Origin: Eledone cirrhosa
Lineage: Eukaryota
DNA length: 64,000 nt
Assembly (NCBI GenBank): GCA_964016885.1
Contig: OZ024740.1
Span: forward strand, 310,310,001-310,374,000
Direction: 5' to 3'
A program made the translations under genes and the position numbers. How positions within the stretch are numbered: the stretch's first letter is position 1; the number at the start of each line of letters is the position of its first letter. Below, piece by piece: positions 1 to 15,730 of the stretch. The notes beneath the pieces are model-generated. The model did not search any database. It was not told where the DNA came from and saw only the letters and a list, made by a program, of their open reading frames with translations.

Positions 1-448
1 CCACATTTTGGTGACTAGCCGCAATTTATCCATCACTGTTCAACATATAAGCTACTGTACTCCAAGTTAAAATAATTACTCTGAAATAAAGGAGGTGGTT
101 GCCACTGAAATGCATCTTGACGAGAGCCTTTAATAAGAGGAAAAAACAAACAGCACTAGCATTCTACTAACCCGAACAACACCATTGTTCATATCTTCAC
201 CATAATTATATTCATACGCATCCTCAATATTACCATATTATCCTGTGTCAGCATCACCATTGTCGTCGTTGTCAAAGTCGTTGTCGTTGTCATACGTAAC
301 TCCTCTCTCTGTAATTGTATAATAACAACAATAAAATGATGTGGCTGAACCGCAACCCACATAACGTCACAAGCCACCAGCAGCAGCACAAATACCATCA
401 TTAGTAAGAAAATTATCATAGTTTTCATGATGCCGTTAATTACAACTA

Positions 449-1178
<730 letters not shown>

Positions 1179-1242
1179 TAAGGCAAATATAAATAGCAAA
1201 GCAATCGACACCAGATAGATAGAAGGATAGGCAGATGATATT

Positions 1243-1287
<45 letters not shown>

Positions 1288-1356
1288 TATATCATATATA
1301 CTTGGAAATAAATATTGTATATATAAATATATATATATATACATGTATATATATAT

Positions 1357-1596
<240 letters not shown>

Positions 1597-1618
1597 GTAT
1601 ATATATATAAATCCATGC

Positions 1619-1660
<42 letters not shown>

Positions 1661-1701
1661 TTATGCATATATATATATACATATGTGTGCATATATATAT
1701 A

Positions 1702-1760
<59 letters not shown>

Positions 1761-1783
1761 TTATGAATATATATATATATACA

Positions 1784-1827
<44 letters not shown>

Positions 1828-2145
1828 CATAATACACACACACACATATATATATATATATACATATACATTTGCACATACACTCATGTGCATGTATATA
1901 ATGTACATTTCTCTATACCCACTCTATACACATATATATATGCACACACAATACACTCATAATAACACACACACACACACACATACACACACACACACAC
2001 ACACACATACATATATATACATAATCATTTGCACACACACTCATATGTATGTATATAATGTACATTTCTCTGTACCCACTCTACCTCTCCGCATGCATTG
2101 AGTACTCCCAGGATAAGTGGTCTCCTCTGTCTCTCTATCTATCTA

Positions 2146-2188
<43 letters not shown>

Positions 2189-2286
2189 CTATGTATCTCT
2201 ATGCATCTATCTACCTATCTATCTCTATCTTTCTATCTTTATCTATCAATCTATCTACCTATCTTTCTATATCTCTCTATATATGG

Positions 2287-2338
2287 GGCTTTCCTGGTGA
2301 TTTCCTCTGAATGAAACAGTTCTAATCCTGTAGAAGCC
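2287..2338 (+). ncRNA. Degenerate type I hammerhead ribozyme
   Basis: ggctttc-CTGGTGA-tttcctctgaat-GAAA-cag..ctg-TA-gaagcc; A6 position is G; related half-motifs at 23571-23640. Confidence 0.5.
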
Positions 2339-2381
<43 letters not shown>

Positions 2382-3847
2382 CAGCCACTTATCAACCATC
2401 ATCAACAGGGCTGACGTTATCTCTATCGTATTTCTGTGTCTCACGTCGTTTTCCAAGCTGTGTGTCGTCGTAATTCTTAGGTCATCCTTATTTTCCCTGA
2501 CATTGTAAAGTATATTCCACCTTATCATCTACAAGTAGTTAAATATATATTTAGAATGAAATTATCTTTTTCCTTCACATTTTAATGTCGGCTCTGTTTA
2601 TTGTTTGTGTATAGCTGCTATTTCTAGCACTTAGAATCATCACGTATACATGTTCCTCTCTTATCGAAGAAGATAGAACTTAAGTTAGTTAAGTTGTTAT
2701 CGTTGGTTCTTTTGTTGCTGTTGAATATATGGTGTTGTTGTTGTCGTTGCTGTCCTTTTTTTTTTCTTCTTTTTTGTTTATCGTTGTATAGTGCAGGTCA
2801 GCTCGACTAGAGCTGACCTACGTGTATTGGCATTCCAGTTAAAATATCCTGTCATTTTTATTACACGCATAGTATACTTCCATTTACATTCTGTAATGTA
2901 TTCTTATTCTCATATCTTAGCGTTATTTTTCGAGAGATTTGACTGCTATATTTCGCAGATCTAATCGCCTTAATGTCGTATCATTATTGCCACGTCTAGA
3001 GTTGGTAGTTTTATATTATGTGTTATGTGCTGTCAAACGTTATTGTTTACTATATACGAATGTGACTGACATATACGTCAGTCTATTTTATTGTGTGTGT
3101 GTGTTTGTAAATAGTGTTTGTATGTGTTTGTGTGTGCGCGTTTCTTTTATAAGTTCGTGCGGGTGCTTTTTAGCATTTGTTCATCTAAATGAAAGTATGT
3201 GCGGTTCTATTGTTGTTTTCGCATACATATGAACATACATATATACATGTTTGTGCGCGCGCGATCCCTTGTTTCCATGTGTGCAAGGATACATAGTCGG
3301 CATTTAGGTATATATCCTCGCGTTTATATGCGTGATCTTATATGACCGTGTATGCCTGTGCATCTATGCATTTGATGATTTGTATGTATATATATATATA
3401 TATATATATGTGTGTTGGGGCGTTCCTGCTTGCGAATGCGGGTTCGCGTGTATGTCTGTGTGCATTTGTACGTATGAGTGCCAGAGCATATGTGCAACAC
3501 TTGATGTGTTGTGTGCGTGTGGTTGTTATGCGTGACTCTGTAGTTCTAAGACGTAGATATAATTTGAGAGAAATGACATTTGCGTTAGGAGTACATAGTT
3601 ACTTTGCTACTGCTTCTTTGTAAAATTTAAACATTGCCTTCATCAACTCTGACATCTTCTACAAATTCCCTCATTCTCCCACTCTTATTCTCTCGTTTAT
3701 CTTACCTACAAATAACACCGATATTTCCCCTGACTGTAAGAAGAAGAATAGTAATAGAAGTAAAGCAGTTACAACATACTTCCAACTAGATATCAGCTAT
3801 ATACATATATATATATATATGTATATATATATGTATATATATATATG

Positions 3848-3918
<71 letters not shown>

Positions 3919-4502
3919 ATGTATGTATGTATGTGTGTATCTCTATGTGTGTGCGCATATGTATGCATGTAAGTATGTACGTTTGTATGCATCTATGTAT
4001 GTAGGTGTGCATGTACGTCTGTATGTATGCATGTATGTAAGTGTGTATGTACGTCTGTATGTATGTATGTATGTATGTATGTATGTATGTATGTATGTAT
4101 GTATGTATGTATGTCTGCATGTATGTATATATGTAAGTATCTATGTATGCAAGTATGTTTTTGTATGTGTATCATTTCATTGTAAGGTGCCTTTTAAAAT
4201 TACTAGTTGTTTCCTTCATTAATAACACGCCTTTATATAGTATGTAGTATATTATATATAGTAAATATATACACCTAAAATATTTTTTATATATATGCAT
4301 TATATATATATATATATATATATATATAGATGCATACACACATATGCATATATATATATATATATATATATACATACATATATATATACATATATATATA
4401 CATATAATATATATATATGTATCTATGTATATATATATATGCATATGTGTGTATGCATCTATATATATATATTAATATATATGTATATATATATATATAC
4501 AC

Positions 4503-4557
<55 letters not shown>

Positions 4558-4695
4558 AATATATATATATATAGATGCATACACACATATGCATATAATA
4601 TACATAGATACATATATATATATGCATATATATATACATAAATACATATATATATATATGCATATATATATACATAAATACATATCTATATATAC

Positions 4696-4766
<71 letters not shown>

Positions 4767-6427
4767 TGTGTGTGTTACGCACATATATATGTGTGTGTGT
4801 TACGCACATATATATGTGTGTGTGTGCGTTTGCATATATATGCTCCTTGGTTTAGGGATACATGGAAAACGTTTATTTATATAAAGATGTTTATGAAAAA
4901 GAGTTAAACAAAACGAGTTTTTTTAGTTTTTGTTTTTTCCTTTTTGTTACCTACTACCAGACATTTATTCACATGGACACAAACTTAGACTTTATGCTTC
5001 TCCTTTTACTGTTTTTTTTCATTTCTGTTTGTAATTTTTTTTTCTTTTTTCATATTTGCGATTGACAATACAAACATATATATCTACATATATCTACTTA
5101 CATTCTTGCTACTAAGTTGCTGATGTCGAGATTCTTTGATTTAATTGCCTTGGTTTTCTTATGAAATAACGAAAGACACATATATGAGTGAGTGCGTGTA
5201 GTTATATATTTTCATATATATATATAATTTTCCTGGTTTTATCCAATAGATTATCTATTTAGCCATGTTGTCCTTTACGTTGTCTGGCTAATTCATATTA
5301 TTCTATCATTTCAATTGTGAGTTGAAGAATAATCTGATCGAAAGTACACAATACGTGCAAATACGTAGATAAACAATTAAAATTCCTTTGTATGAAAATG
5401 TTTCGAAAAATTCTTAATATTTCCTTGTTTGTTTTATTTGTTTGTTTGGTATTAGTTTTGTTTTTACCGTCTTCTTTTTCACTTGTGTATATTTTCTTTT
5501 GATCTTCCCTTCCTTTATCTCTTCCGATGTACACAATCTCTATTCGGTAATGTTAATGAAAATAAATACATTAATATTAGTAAAAACAAAGCCGATGATT
5601 TTGATTTTGATGAAAATAACAATATTATATCCAGTTCTCCTGACTTGGAATAATTCACATCTGTTTTCTTCTCTTTGCTTTTACTTTCTGTTTTAAATAT
5701 TCCAGCAATAAACTTTTGCTTATTTCTTCTTCTGTCTGATGCGAATAACATGTTCTCTTCTTCTATGTTGCATTTCTTTTTCAGCTGTTCGCACACACTT
5801 GTTGCCTAGCTACGGAGTCGATTGAAAAAGAAGCGGTCTTGTAGTAACATGAAGCAGCTGCTGCTGATGTTGTTGGAGAGGTACCACTGGTGTCTGCAGC
5901 CGTAGATGTTCATGTGTTTGCGTCTTTTAACCTAATTGCTAAACATGGACGGCTACGTGATGCTTTTACTTTTCCTTGTCCTTCCTTTTAACATTCCTTA
6001 CCCGACCCCTTTATTATTTCTATGAATAATATTTTCAATACTACAAATAATTCTAAAATATTTAGAAGTATTGATATATTTTATTCAGATTTGTTTATTT
6101 CAACTACTTATTCGTAATATCTAATTATAAAAAAATTAATATTAATAATTATAATAAAGATAGGGTCAGATATTCAGTTTCCATTCAGAATTTCATTTTG
6201 ATATATTTAACTATTTATATGCCCCCTCTCTCCACACACCTAAACATAAGTACATGAGTTTGAGTATATATATATATATATGTAAATATATATGTGTGTG
6301 TGTGTGTGTATGTATGTATGTGTGTGTGTATGTGTATGTGTGTATGTATGTATGTATGTGTATATGTGTATGTGTGTCTATGTGTGTGTGTATGTATAAA
6401 TAAATAAATATTTATATATATATACAT

Positions 6428-6480
<53 letters not shown>

Positions 6481-6640
6481 CATACATATATAATCATATA
6501 TATATATATATATATATACATACATATATAATCATATATATATATATATATATATATAAATACATACATATATAATCATATATATATATATATACATACA
6601 TATATAATCATATATATATATACACATATATAATCATATT

Positions 6641-6705
<65 letters not shown>

Positions 6706-6748
6706 GATTATATATGTATGTATATATATATATAATTATATATGTATG

Positions 6749-6827
<79 letters not shown>

Positions 6828-7120
6828 TGAGAGAGAGTGAGAGAATTCGTTGTCAATTTGTTAAATTCGCAGAGACCATTTTGTGTCACCGAGAGTTAGA
6901 TGTGTGTTTCGATCCCCATGAATACAACTGTTTTGTCTTGTTTTACCTGTGTTTTACCTTACTTATCTGGGGTTTATTTGTTTTGGTTTTGTTTGATTTT
7001 TTTTTTGTAATACCTGCATGCATCTATGTATGTAACCATACACACACGTATAATTATGTATGCATATATCATACATGTAAATATAGTCTACTGTGTGAAA
7101 TATGTAAAAGAATATATATA

Positions 7121-7242
<122 letters not shown>

Positions 7243-7984
7243 TGTGTGTGTGTGTGCGCGTGTGTGTGTTTGTTTGTGTTTAACGTATGCGTTTTGTATG
7301 TGTGAATATATACATATTCAGAAAGCATCTACGCACATTCTATAACCATATACATCAAGTATCAAATAATATTTTACACTGTTTATGTAAATGAGATTCT
7401 AGTATTTGCGTGGCCTAATAGTTTTATTCGATGAAAATATATTTGGAATAATTTATGTTGACTAATAATGTACGTGCTTGTCTTCAAAAATAAATATATT
7501 CAGTTTTGTTTCTTAAAATGAGCGCATGAGAGTTAATCGCAATAGAGCATCTGTTGAGCTCGAACGAGCCAATCCTTGACGCGGTTTCTATTTACAATAC
7601 AAATCGTTTTATTTCATCAACACCGTAATTGCATTGTGGAAAGGCATCTTTCTGTGCATATATAACACATGAACGTATGTCCCTGGACCAAATGCATATA
7701 TTTGTTTAATATAATGCAACAGCAAATTAATATGTATATAAAACGAATAGCTGTTATGTGCATAGTGAGTAAACAGGAAGGTACTGGCTTGAATTTTTAG
7801 AGTATACCAATTGACTTCTCTTATGCTGCTCTAGGCAACAGATAAGGTCATGGCGGATAAAAAAAAAATCACTTCGGTCATAAAATTCACTGTCCACCTC
7901 CTGCAAATGTGTATGAGAATGAAATTTGTTATCATACATTTTTCTCTCTATTATGATTCTTTTAAAATATTAATGATGGAGATT

Positions 7985-8100
7985 GACAGTTGGATTAAAT
8001 TTTCGATATTTTTACTGGTTCTGTACGCTCTGCGTTCAAATCCCTCCGAGGTCAACTTTGTCTCTCATCCTTTCGGGATCCATAAATAAAAGTGCCAGCC
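7985..8100 (+). mobile_element. Degenerate SINE copy
   Basis: gttcaaatccctccgaggtcaactttgtctctcatcctttcgggatccataaataaaagtgccag matches the SINE at 62700. Confidence 0.7.
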
Positions 8101-9459
8101 CAGAATGGGTGTATTTGTGGGATTATTAAAGAATTGAACGGGAAGTTTTCTAGTATTTGATCTGGCCCTGTGTTTCTCTGAGTTCTCACTCAGCCTCATC
8201 TGCCAGCTGTTGCCACCGGTCTATATCGACAGTCATACAAAGAACTTTTCTTTTAATAATTTAACTTAATGTTTCTGTACTGGTTACCTATTGCAAATAT
8301 TATTGCGGGCATTTGAACCTGCATAATGAAATGTTTCTAATGCGGAGCAGATGTAAACGACTAAATATATCAATTATACTCCGATGTTTCTGCATCTGAA
8401 AATAATTTAATTTCAAAAGAAACTAGGAAATATTTCAATAAAAAAGCGGACAGAAAGTATGTGGATTATGCAATGAGTATTAGTTCATATCCATTCAGGT
8501 ATACTAGTGAAATGTAAATGGGTTTATTGCCATGCTTAAATTGTTCAAATCTACCAAATTCCCTGCATTCATCGTTGTAACCTCCCTATCTCTCCCTCAT
8601 CCATCTATATTATTCTCTTTCTTTCTCTCTCTCCATAATCTATTCCATTGTCAAATGGAATAGTCCACAATGTAAAAGATGTTGTACACCGAATATTAGA
8701 CAATCTCTGTCCCTTCTATCCAGGCCAAATTAGACATACTTTATTGAATTGTTTAGTTAGTTTGCTATATATGTACGTTATGCAAATTTCACTAGTGAGG
8801 TTAGCTATTTTTTGTATCCTACATGTTATATATAGCGTTGCTAAAGCAATATTTTCCGTACATATAATCATAACGGTCCGTGTCCGATGAGGACACAATA
8901 ATATCTGAAATACACAAAGATGGTTTCTTATGTTTTTCTATGTACGGTGGAATAGTTAGATGTATTTACGCTTTACATTACATAATACTAACGCAAAAGC
9001 TTTAAATTAAAGAAACGGTGGTTATATTTACCTGAAATCTATCTGCAAATTTTCGAATATACGATGTATTTTAGTATAAATATTTATTATTTATATGATT
9101 ACATCACCAAACCTATGCACACCATACAGGTCAGACTGACAATTTAAGCTATTATCAACATTCTTTGTGACAGATAACTTTGCTTTACCCATATTTTTCC
9201 GTATACTGAAGCATGGGGTTAGTTGTTCCCTGACGATCAAGTCTATGTATCAAATTGAACATGATCTCTGATTAGTCAAGTATGGATATTTATTTAATTA
9301 GAATATAAGAGGTTTCGATCATGGCACAGCAGGCCATCAAATGACTTGGCAATTGCCAGTTAGTTTGGTCTTCCACCAAACAACCAGACAACCATTCTCA
9401 CCATCTCTCCCCATGGTGAGCAAATGGGGTCTCACGTACTGGCCTCCCCACAGCCCCGG

Positions 9460-9750
9460 CGGTCAGAATGGAGAAGGCGTTCCCCCGGAGGATGGTAAGG
9501 GAGATGCGCAGGAAGAGCCATTCCAACTCGCGAGGCTCACACCTGTGGCTAGCCAGCTCAGCGCCTATGGTGGTGAGTAAGGAGGTAGCCCTAGGGCCAA
9601 GGACACCGCGAACCTGGCGGAGAGCGACCGGTAATTGGAGAGTTTGGCTTCCTCAGCCTGACGTGCAGCAGAACCTGGGTTAGTCGCAGACTGCATCAGG
9701 TGGCGGCTGGAGAAAGTTTCGCTGCAAGTGGCATCCCAGACGTTCCCAGG
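9460..9750 (-). mobile_element. CRE-clade non-LTR retrotransposon fragment (C-terminal restriction-like endonuclease)
   Basis: Minus-strand translation VWDATCSETF...AARQAEEAKLSNY, then after a frameshift GVLGPRATSLLTTIG...LFLRISLTILRGNAFSI; resembles the WD.TC / K..Y / QRGNA pattern of CRE RLE domains. Confidence 0.7.
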
Positions 9751-9997
9751 TGTTCTTATCATTTCACTTTATTATGTAACCAATTCTTCATATTATCCAT
9801 TTGTGTAACTCTTGGTTTTCGATGTTTGATTATCCCAATGCTTTTTATCTAGCAAGAATCATCATCATGAGAAATTTCATCACTCAGCAGGTGAATACCA
9901 TAGATCACCATACCGGTCGTTCTTTAGTTGTTCTTATAATTTCACTTTATTATGTGACCAATTCTTCATATTATCCATTCGTTTAACTCTTGGTTTG
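9750..9997 (+). repeat. ~68-bp direct duplication (9750-9818 and 9929-9997)
   Basis: tgttcttat(c/a)atttcactttattatgt(a/g)accaattcttcatattatccatt...aactcttggttt occurs twice. Confidence 0.85.
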
Positions 9998-10699
9998 CTG
10001 CTCTTTGTTTTCTCATTTATTTCGCCTTCTGATAATGTACTTTCTAATCCACTATTTTCTAACAAATGTTTGAATATATTTGAGAGCTTTTTTTTCTTCT
10101 TTTCTAACTGCTATTTTTCTTTTCTTCTTCCAATTTATAATGATACATGATTGGATTTGTGTTCTGTTCTTCTTATTTTCAGATTTCTACATGTTAAAAT
10201 ATGTATCTGGTTTTGTGGGAGTTTTTTATTGGCTTACACTTACTGCTCACAGTACTAGGACTGAGATATTTACGATCCTCTTATCACAGTGGTACATATT
10301 TTAAGCACTCTCCAATATTTATATATTTATATTCGGTCACTTATGTCTATATGAATATATGTATTTTGATTCATTTATCTCTAAGAATTACACGGAAACT
10401 TTAACTTCCAATCAACAAATATTGCAATCAAATCTCATTGGGATCTCGATTGCTTTCGATTTATCCAGCATCGGCATATCCTCGAGATCTCGTTTTAATT
10501 ACAAATTAAATATACATAAGTGCACACATAATACATTTATACATATTTGTCTATACACATATTAACAATCAAATTTAGGTATATGATAAAATTGATAGTC
10601 ACTGCAGAGAGTCTTCAAAAATATATAATATGGCAGCGTGTGATGAGTTTGATCTGACCGTTACCAAGCATGTGTGCTTACAACCTGTATGAATAAGGC

Positions 10700-11370
10700 A
10701 TAAACAACATAGTGTGGCATAAACAACATAGTGTGGGCATGTCCATTGCCTCGAAAGTCCACCAACAATGCTTGTGTTCTCTCTTTAAGGTCTCATGAAG
10801 ATCACATACATCAGACACTGGTGCGCTACAGCGGCCCTGTATGCCAATCATTAAGACCATGATCGTGAAACAGCATCTCCAGTGGTCAGGTTACTTAGAT
10901 TGCATAGTGGACAGCAAATTTCCAAAACAAGTATTGTTTTGAGAACTGTTGCAAGACGAACGGTTGCAGTGCAATCCACAGAAGCGATTTAAAAACTGCC
11001 TATCAACACCAACACATGGAACTATCTTAGAACAGATAAAGCTACTGGTGGTAGGGAATTTCAGAAGAAGCAGAGGACGCATGCTGGAGTAAAGAGAGGA
11101 GCTGTTAGTCCACTCTCTCAAAGGGGTGCGAAAGTTATGCGGACATGTATGTATGTCAAAGGCTGGGCTACTAAGCCCTGGTAGACGTCATACTCATGGC
11201 AATAACACATTTCAGTACTCTATACAATTTGACTTTGCATGTACTAAAGTGTGTCAATCTGCAGGTAGTTGAGAAACACGGCACCACAAAGCATGCCACA
11301 CCAATGAAATTCATGTGCTATGAGAGATAAGTCACTTCCTTCTTTGTTGAGCTATTCTAAGGCGACATCA
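10700..11370 (+). mobile_element. Decayed RTE-clade LINE, 3' fragment
   Basis: Translation MIVKQHLQWSGYLDCIVDSKFPKQVLF*ELLQDERLQCNPQKRFKNC (QLRW.GH..RM...R.PK pattern) followed by LCGHVCMSKAGLLS, a zinc-finger-like tail. Confidence 0.75.
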
Positions 11371-11584
11371 ACGACAGCCACATCAGTATATCATTTTCGC
11401 CAATGTTTGTTTATTTTTCTTTGTAATAAGTGGCCTTAATTGGACACGCGTTGATTTCAACTGAGTATGTATGTATCCATTTATGTATGTATGTTTGTAT
11501 CTATGTATTTATGTATGCATGTATGTGTGTGTATGCATGTATATATGTATATATGTGTGCGTGCGTGTGTGTGTGTGTATGTCG

Positions 11585-11705
11585 TTAGAATGTCTAATAG
11601 AATGCTTTGTAGAATTCGTTTTCGTTTTGGCTCTCTGCTCCCTGAGTTCAAAACCCACCGAGGTCAACGTCCATTCATACAAGGTCTATACAATAGTACC
11701 AGTGT
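11585..11705 (+). mobile_element. Degenerate SINE copy
   Basis: gagttcaaaacccaccgaggtcaac...tagtaccag. Confidence 0.55.
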
Positions 11706-12841
11706 AGGACTGGTGTGACTCCTTTCTTTATCTTCTTTCTCAATTTCATTCCTTCATTCTCTGACCTTCTCTGGAATAAATTTTCTGTATTCAGGCCTGG
11801 AGAGCAGATGGTCTCCACCAGATTTTTATAATGCCAGAGAAACACCGTATTCAATACAACACACCTATAAATCCCTCAGGAGTTGTAGATCATTACCTAT
11901 ATATATGTATGAAACATAAATGCATGCCCTTCTGAACCTATTCTTCCAGGATCACTGTCACAATAATAATATCATCGCATTTGAGTATGCAGCTGGGGAA
12001 AAAAGTGTAGAGACATAGCAGGAATTTGGTTAGAGTCTAGCTGGATTAGAGAAAAGTATTCGATTGTGTTACCCCCCCCCCCCCCTTCTTTGATTCTAGA
12101 AGCCATTTGACTTGCAAACGTTCCAGATATCATTAGCAGAAGCATAGAGAACCTATTTTATTCCTACGTCTTTATCCTGAAGTTAAATACAGAGAAGTAA
12201 GGTAATATTTTCATTGATTAAATAGCGTATCGCAGGAGTATATTCCAGGGAGTATGAATAGCCTTAAAATTGTCGCTGAATCTTTTAGAAATGGCAAGCA
12301 AATAACAATCTATCAACTTAAAGTGACACTGCATAATGTACTTGTGCCTTTACCGTTAAAAATACGATGGTCATCACCGGAAAGATCAAAGGCACTCCAG
12401 CTATGCATAAGACCACTCTCTTTTTTTTAAAGGATTGCATTATTCAATATCATTTTAAGATAATAAATTGTGACTTAGATGCTATTTTTGTAGATTTGGT
12501 AATTGCTCCAGCTGCAAAAGAATCACAAGTATTAAACCGAATTAATTCCGTATCGTATTCACTATTGAGAATGGTGAAAGAACGAGATATCGTCTGCAAG
12601 GGAAAGTGCAAATGGTAATAAAACAGCACATAGACAAGAAGGAGACAGTAGAAAATATTTTTCCACGAGAAAAAGCTAAACATCTGCTTTCTGCTTCAGA
12701 CATACTAAACAAGATTGTCCAGACAATTTCCAAACGCACACAAAAAGGGAAAGAGATGAGTGGGTGTTAGCACAGTGATGTGCGAGCAAATACACACATA
12801 CGTTCACACGCACGTACACATACAAATACACACACACACAC

Positions 12842-12936
<95 letters not shown>

Positions 12937-12949
12937 TATATGTATATAT

Positions 12950-13275
12950 AATGTAGGAGGTGAGTTTTATTGTAGCACAATAAAGCAATGCAAATATCGG
13001 ATAAGTAGCACTCTACAGTTTGTAGGCCTGGAGTATAAATAATATAAGATCAAAAGATGGTTAAAAGAGTTCCAAGTATTTTATTATGCGCATTTCAAAA
13101 ACAAATATCATCATGGGATGATATCTGCATTCCCATCAGATAAAATAGCTTCATATCATGTCTCCCTATTTCATCTGATGAGAACGCAGATATCATCCCA
13201 TGATGATATTTGTTTTTGAAATGCGCATAATAAAATACTTGGAACTCTTTTAACCAACTTTTGATCTTATATTAT
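12950..13275. mobile_element. Fold-back element with two divergent hammerheads, family B
   Basis: ~105-bp inverted arms 13039-13148 and 13166-13275, (AT)n on both sides. Confidence 0.85.
13167..13237 (+). ncRNA. Type I hammerhead ribozyme (mirror copy on minus strand at 13077-13147)
   Basis: tatttcat-CTGATGA-[stem II gaacgcagatatcatc..gatgatatttgttttt]-GAAA-tgcgca-TA-ataaaata; palindromic stem III ATGCGCAT. Confidence 0.85.
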
Positions 13276-13421
13276 GTATATATATGTATATATATGTATA
13301 TATATGTATATATATATGTATATATATATATGTATATATATGTATATATATGTATATATATGTATAAATATATGTATATATATGTATACATATGTATATA
13401 TATGTATACATATATACATAG

Positions 13422-13461
<40 letters not shown>

Positions 13462-13754
13462 CCCAGAGACGGCGGGGCATTGTAACAACATGCTGTTTCG
13501 TTCGTCTCTGGGTCAAAAATATAAACATATTTTCTTCTCTTTTTTTCTTGCTTGTTTCCTTAAAGTTTACCATCATTCCGTTAGTATACATCTATTACGC
13601 AATTTATCGTATAAACATTGAAAATGGGAATTCCTCATTTACTATACGTCAATACATTTTATGTATTAAGATCACTCAATTGTGTCAATGGCACAACAAC
13701 CATTGTAGTGTGGGTGATCGTCACGAAGAACACACCCAGTTCACGTTTTAGCAT

Positions 13755-14009
13755 GGTTAGTGTTCGGAAGGGAATCCCTTCATAGAAGCTTACCTAAAAA
13801 AAATGCATTGGGAGGACCTTCCAGTTGTGTCAAGGAAAAAAACAACCTCTCTGGTGATGGTGCCACGATGCATTGTACTTCGTGGGATCGTATCTCAGTG
13901 AGTGGAATCCACAGCCTCTCTGGAAAAGTCAATAAACCCGCTTTAGTACAGACTCGGTCTGCGAAGACCCGTCAAACCGTTACTAGCAGGGAAGGTGGAA
14001 GTTTGATAT

Positions 14010-14040
<31 letters not shown>
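13755..14040 (+). mobile_element. SINE/RTE-tail-like repeat ending in (GAT)n
   Basis: aagggaatccc...gaagacccgtcaaaccgttactagcagggaaggtggaag followed by a (GAT)n tail. Confidence 0.45.
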
Positions 14041-14072
<32 letters not shown>

Positions 14073-14620
14073 TTTTTCAAATAAGACCAATTGATCTCAT
14101 GGAATTTATCCATTCGTTTTGCTCGCGGTCGACATCTGGGCCTCCTGCTAGTTGGCCGTGTCCAGCGATTCTTTCCTTAGACAGTTTCATCACATGCTCA
14201 TAATACCGCACTGGTATGTCTCGGTGTGGAGAAGTAGCTTCTTTACATGGTACGATACCTGACCCTGAACTCCTCAAACAATCAATTAACCTTATTCTAT
14301 CAACCCAACCGAGGAACCGTATTTCGCCCTCTTCTGTTCACGATCGTATTCTCTCGTTTTATAATACCAGCTGCAGTAAATCTTACACTTCATTCAGCGC
14401 CGTGTGCCTCTTTGAGTTCCGTGAATCTAGCATACACCTGTTGGCAATACTCCTCCGAATACTCGAGGATTCACGGCAGAGTGAGAGTGAATATTTAGTC
14501 GGCTATGTTACGTCCGGGTCAAACACCCGCATTGTTCTACAGCTAACTTGGTCTTGACAATATCTCTACACCACTTTGCCGGATCGTTTTCATAGATTTT
14601 ACCTAAAGGGCTTCAGAAAG
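14040..14620 (-). mobile_element. Decayed LINE 3' fragment, probably RTE-like, with (CGT/CAT)n tail
   Basis: GC-richer coding-like stretch ending in a trinucleotide tail on the minus strand; motif similarity is weak. Confidence 0.4.
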
Positions 14621-14966
14621 ATACTATTCTATAAATGAAACAATATCTCTAGTCTCCTGTTTTGAAAATCTGAATTATCATTCCCGTTAGATACAGAGAT
14701 TCAGGCCATGGGATTCACAGAGAGCATACCTTTTTCATTTAAATCTTTATTATCTCCCACCAACTTTCAGCCTCACCTGGGAACTTGCCACAACTGAGTG
14801 TTCTAACTACTCTAGTGACTCAGCCTCTAACAGGTTAATTCTTGCACTCCCACCCACCTAGGTGCAAAGCATGTACAACAAGCAACCCCCAACACACACA
14901 CACACTCACGCAAACACACACATGCATACATACATACATGCATATATATATAAATATATATATATA

Positions 14967-15655
14967 TAAATGAAAAAAATGAAATTTCATTTCTCACTCT
15001 TGGTACGGCTGATACTTAAATATAAGTATGTGATACTTAAATGTAAGTATGTATACGTACATACATATACGTATACAGACGTACAGTAGTTTATATATAC
15101 ATATATGCACACATATATGTATATATGTACGTATGGGTTTACCGAACATTTATTATAATGCCCGGTTTGTTTGTAAACAAACAGCCCGAATTAGTAGCCG
15201 TCCAGTGTTCGCCAACCATCGTTGTAAGATTTCATTTCTCACTCTTAGCCGTACTAAGAGTGAGAAATGAAATTTCATTTTTTCCATTTATAGTTTTCGG
15301 TACACCCGGCTGACTAACTCACGCGATATGCTAATTAGGCTGCTCAGCCGTTAATATGCATAAGGAAAGTATATACTTTCAAACGTTCAATCGACTGACA
15401 GGAAAGTATACGATGCTGATGACAGCTAATAAGCTAGAAACTAGTTCATCGTCCCTTAGTCAATGTTGAACAAAAGGGCAACGATGGTTGCCGAACACTG
15501 TACGGCTACTAATTCGGGCTGTTTGTTTACAAATAAACCGGGCATTATAATAAATATTCGGTAAACCCATACGTATATATACACATGTGTGCATGTATGT
15601 ATGTATATATATACTAGTGTACGTCTGTATACATATATGTATGTACGTATACATA

Positions 15656-15659
<4 letters not shown>
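14967..15659. mobile_element. Complex fold-back element containing a hammerhead
   Basis: Inverted arms 15044-15224/15478-15659 plus 14967-15010 inverted at 15247-15290; (AT)n on both sides. Confidence 0.85.
15410..15452 (+). ncRNA. Minimal type I hammerhead ribozyme
   Basis: acgatg-CTGATGA-cagctaataagcta-GAAA-ctag-TT-catcgt; perfect 6-bp stem I, palindromic stem III ACTAGT. Confidence 0.9.

Positions 15660-15730
<71 letters not shown>

Noticed and set aside
9226-9270. CTGACGA motif
   Set aside because: No GAAA or pairing stems downstream
12493-12615. Possible 123-nt exon (ag...gt) encoding LVIAPAAKESQVLNRINSV...
   Set aside because: No recognisable domain and no partner exons; cannot be supported
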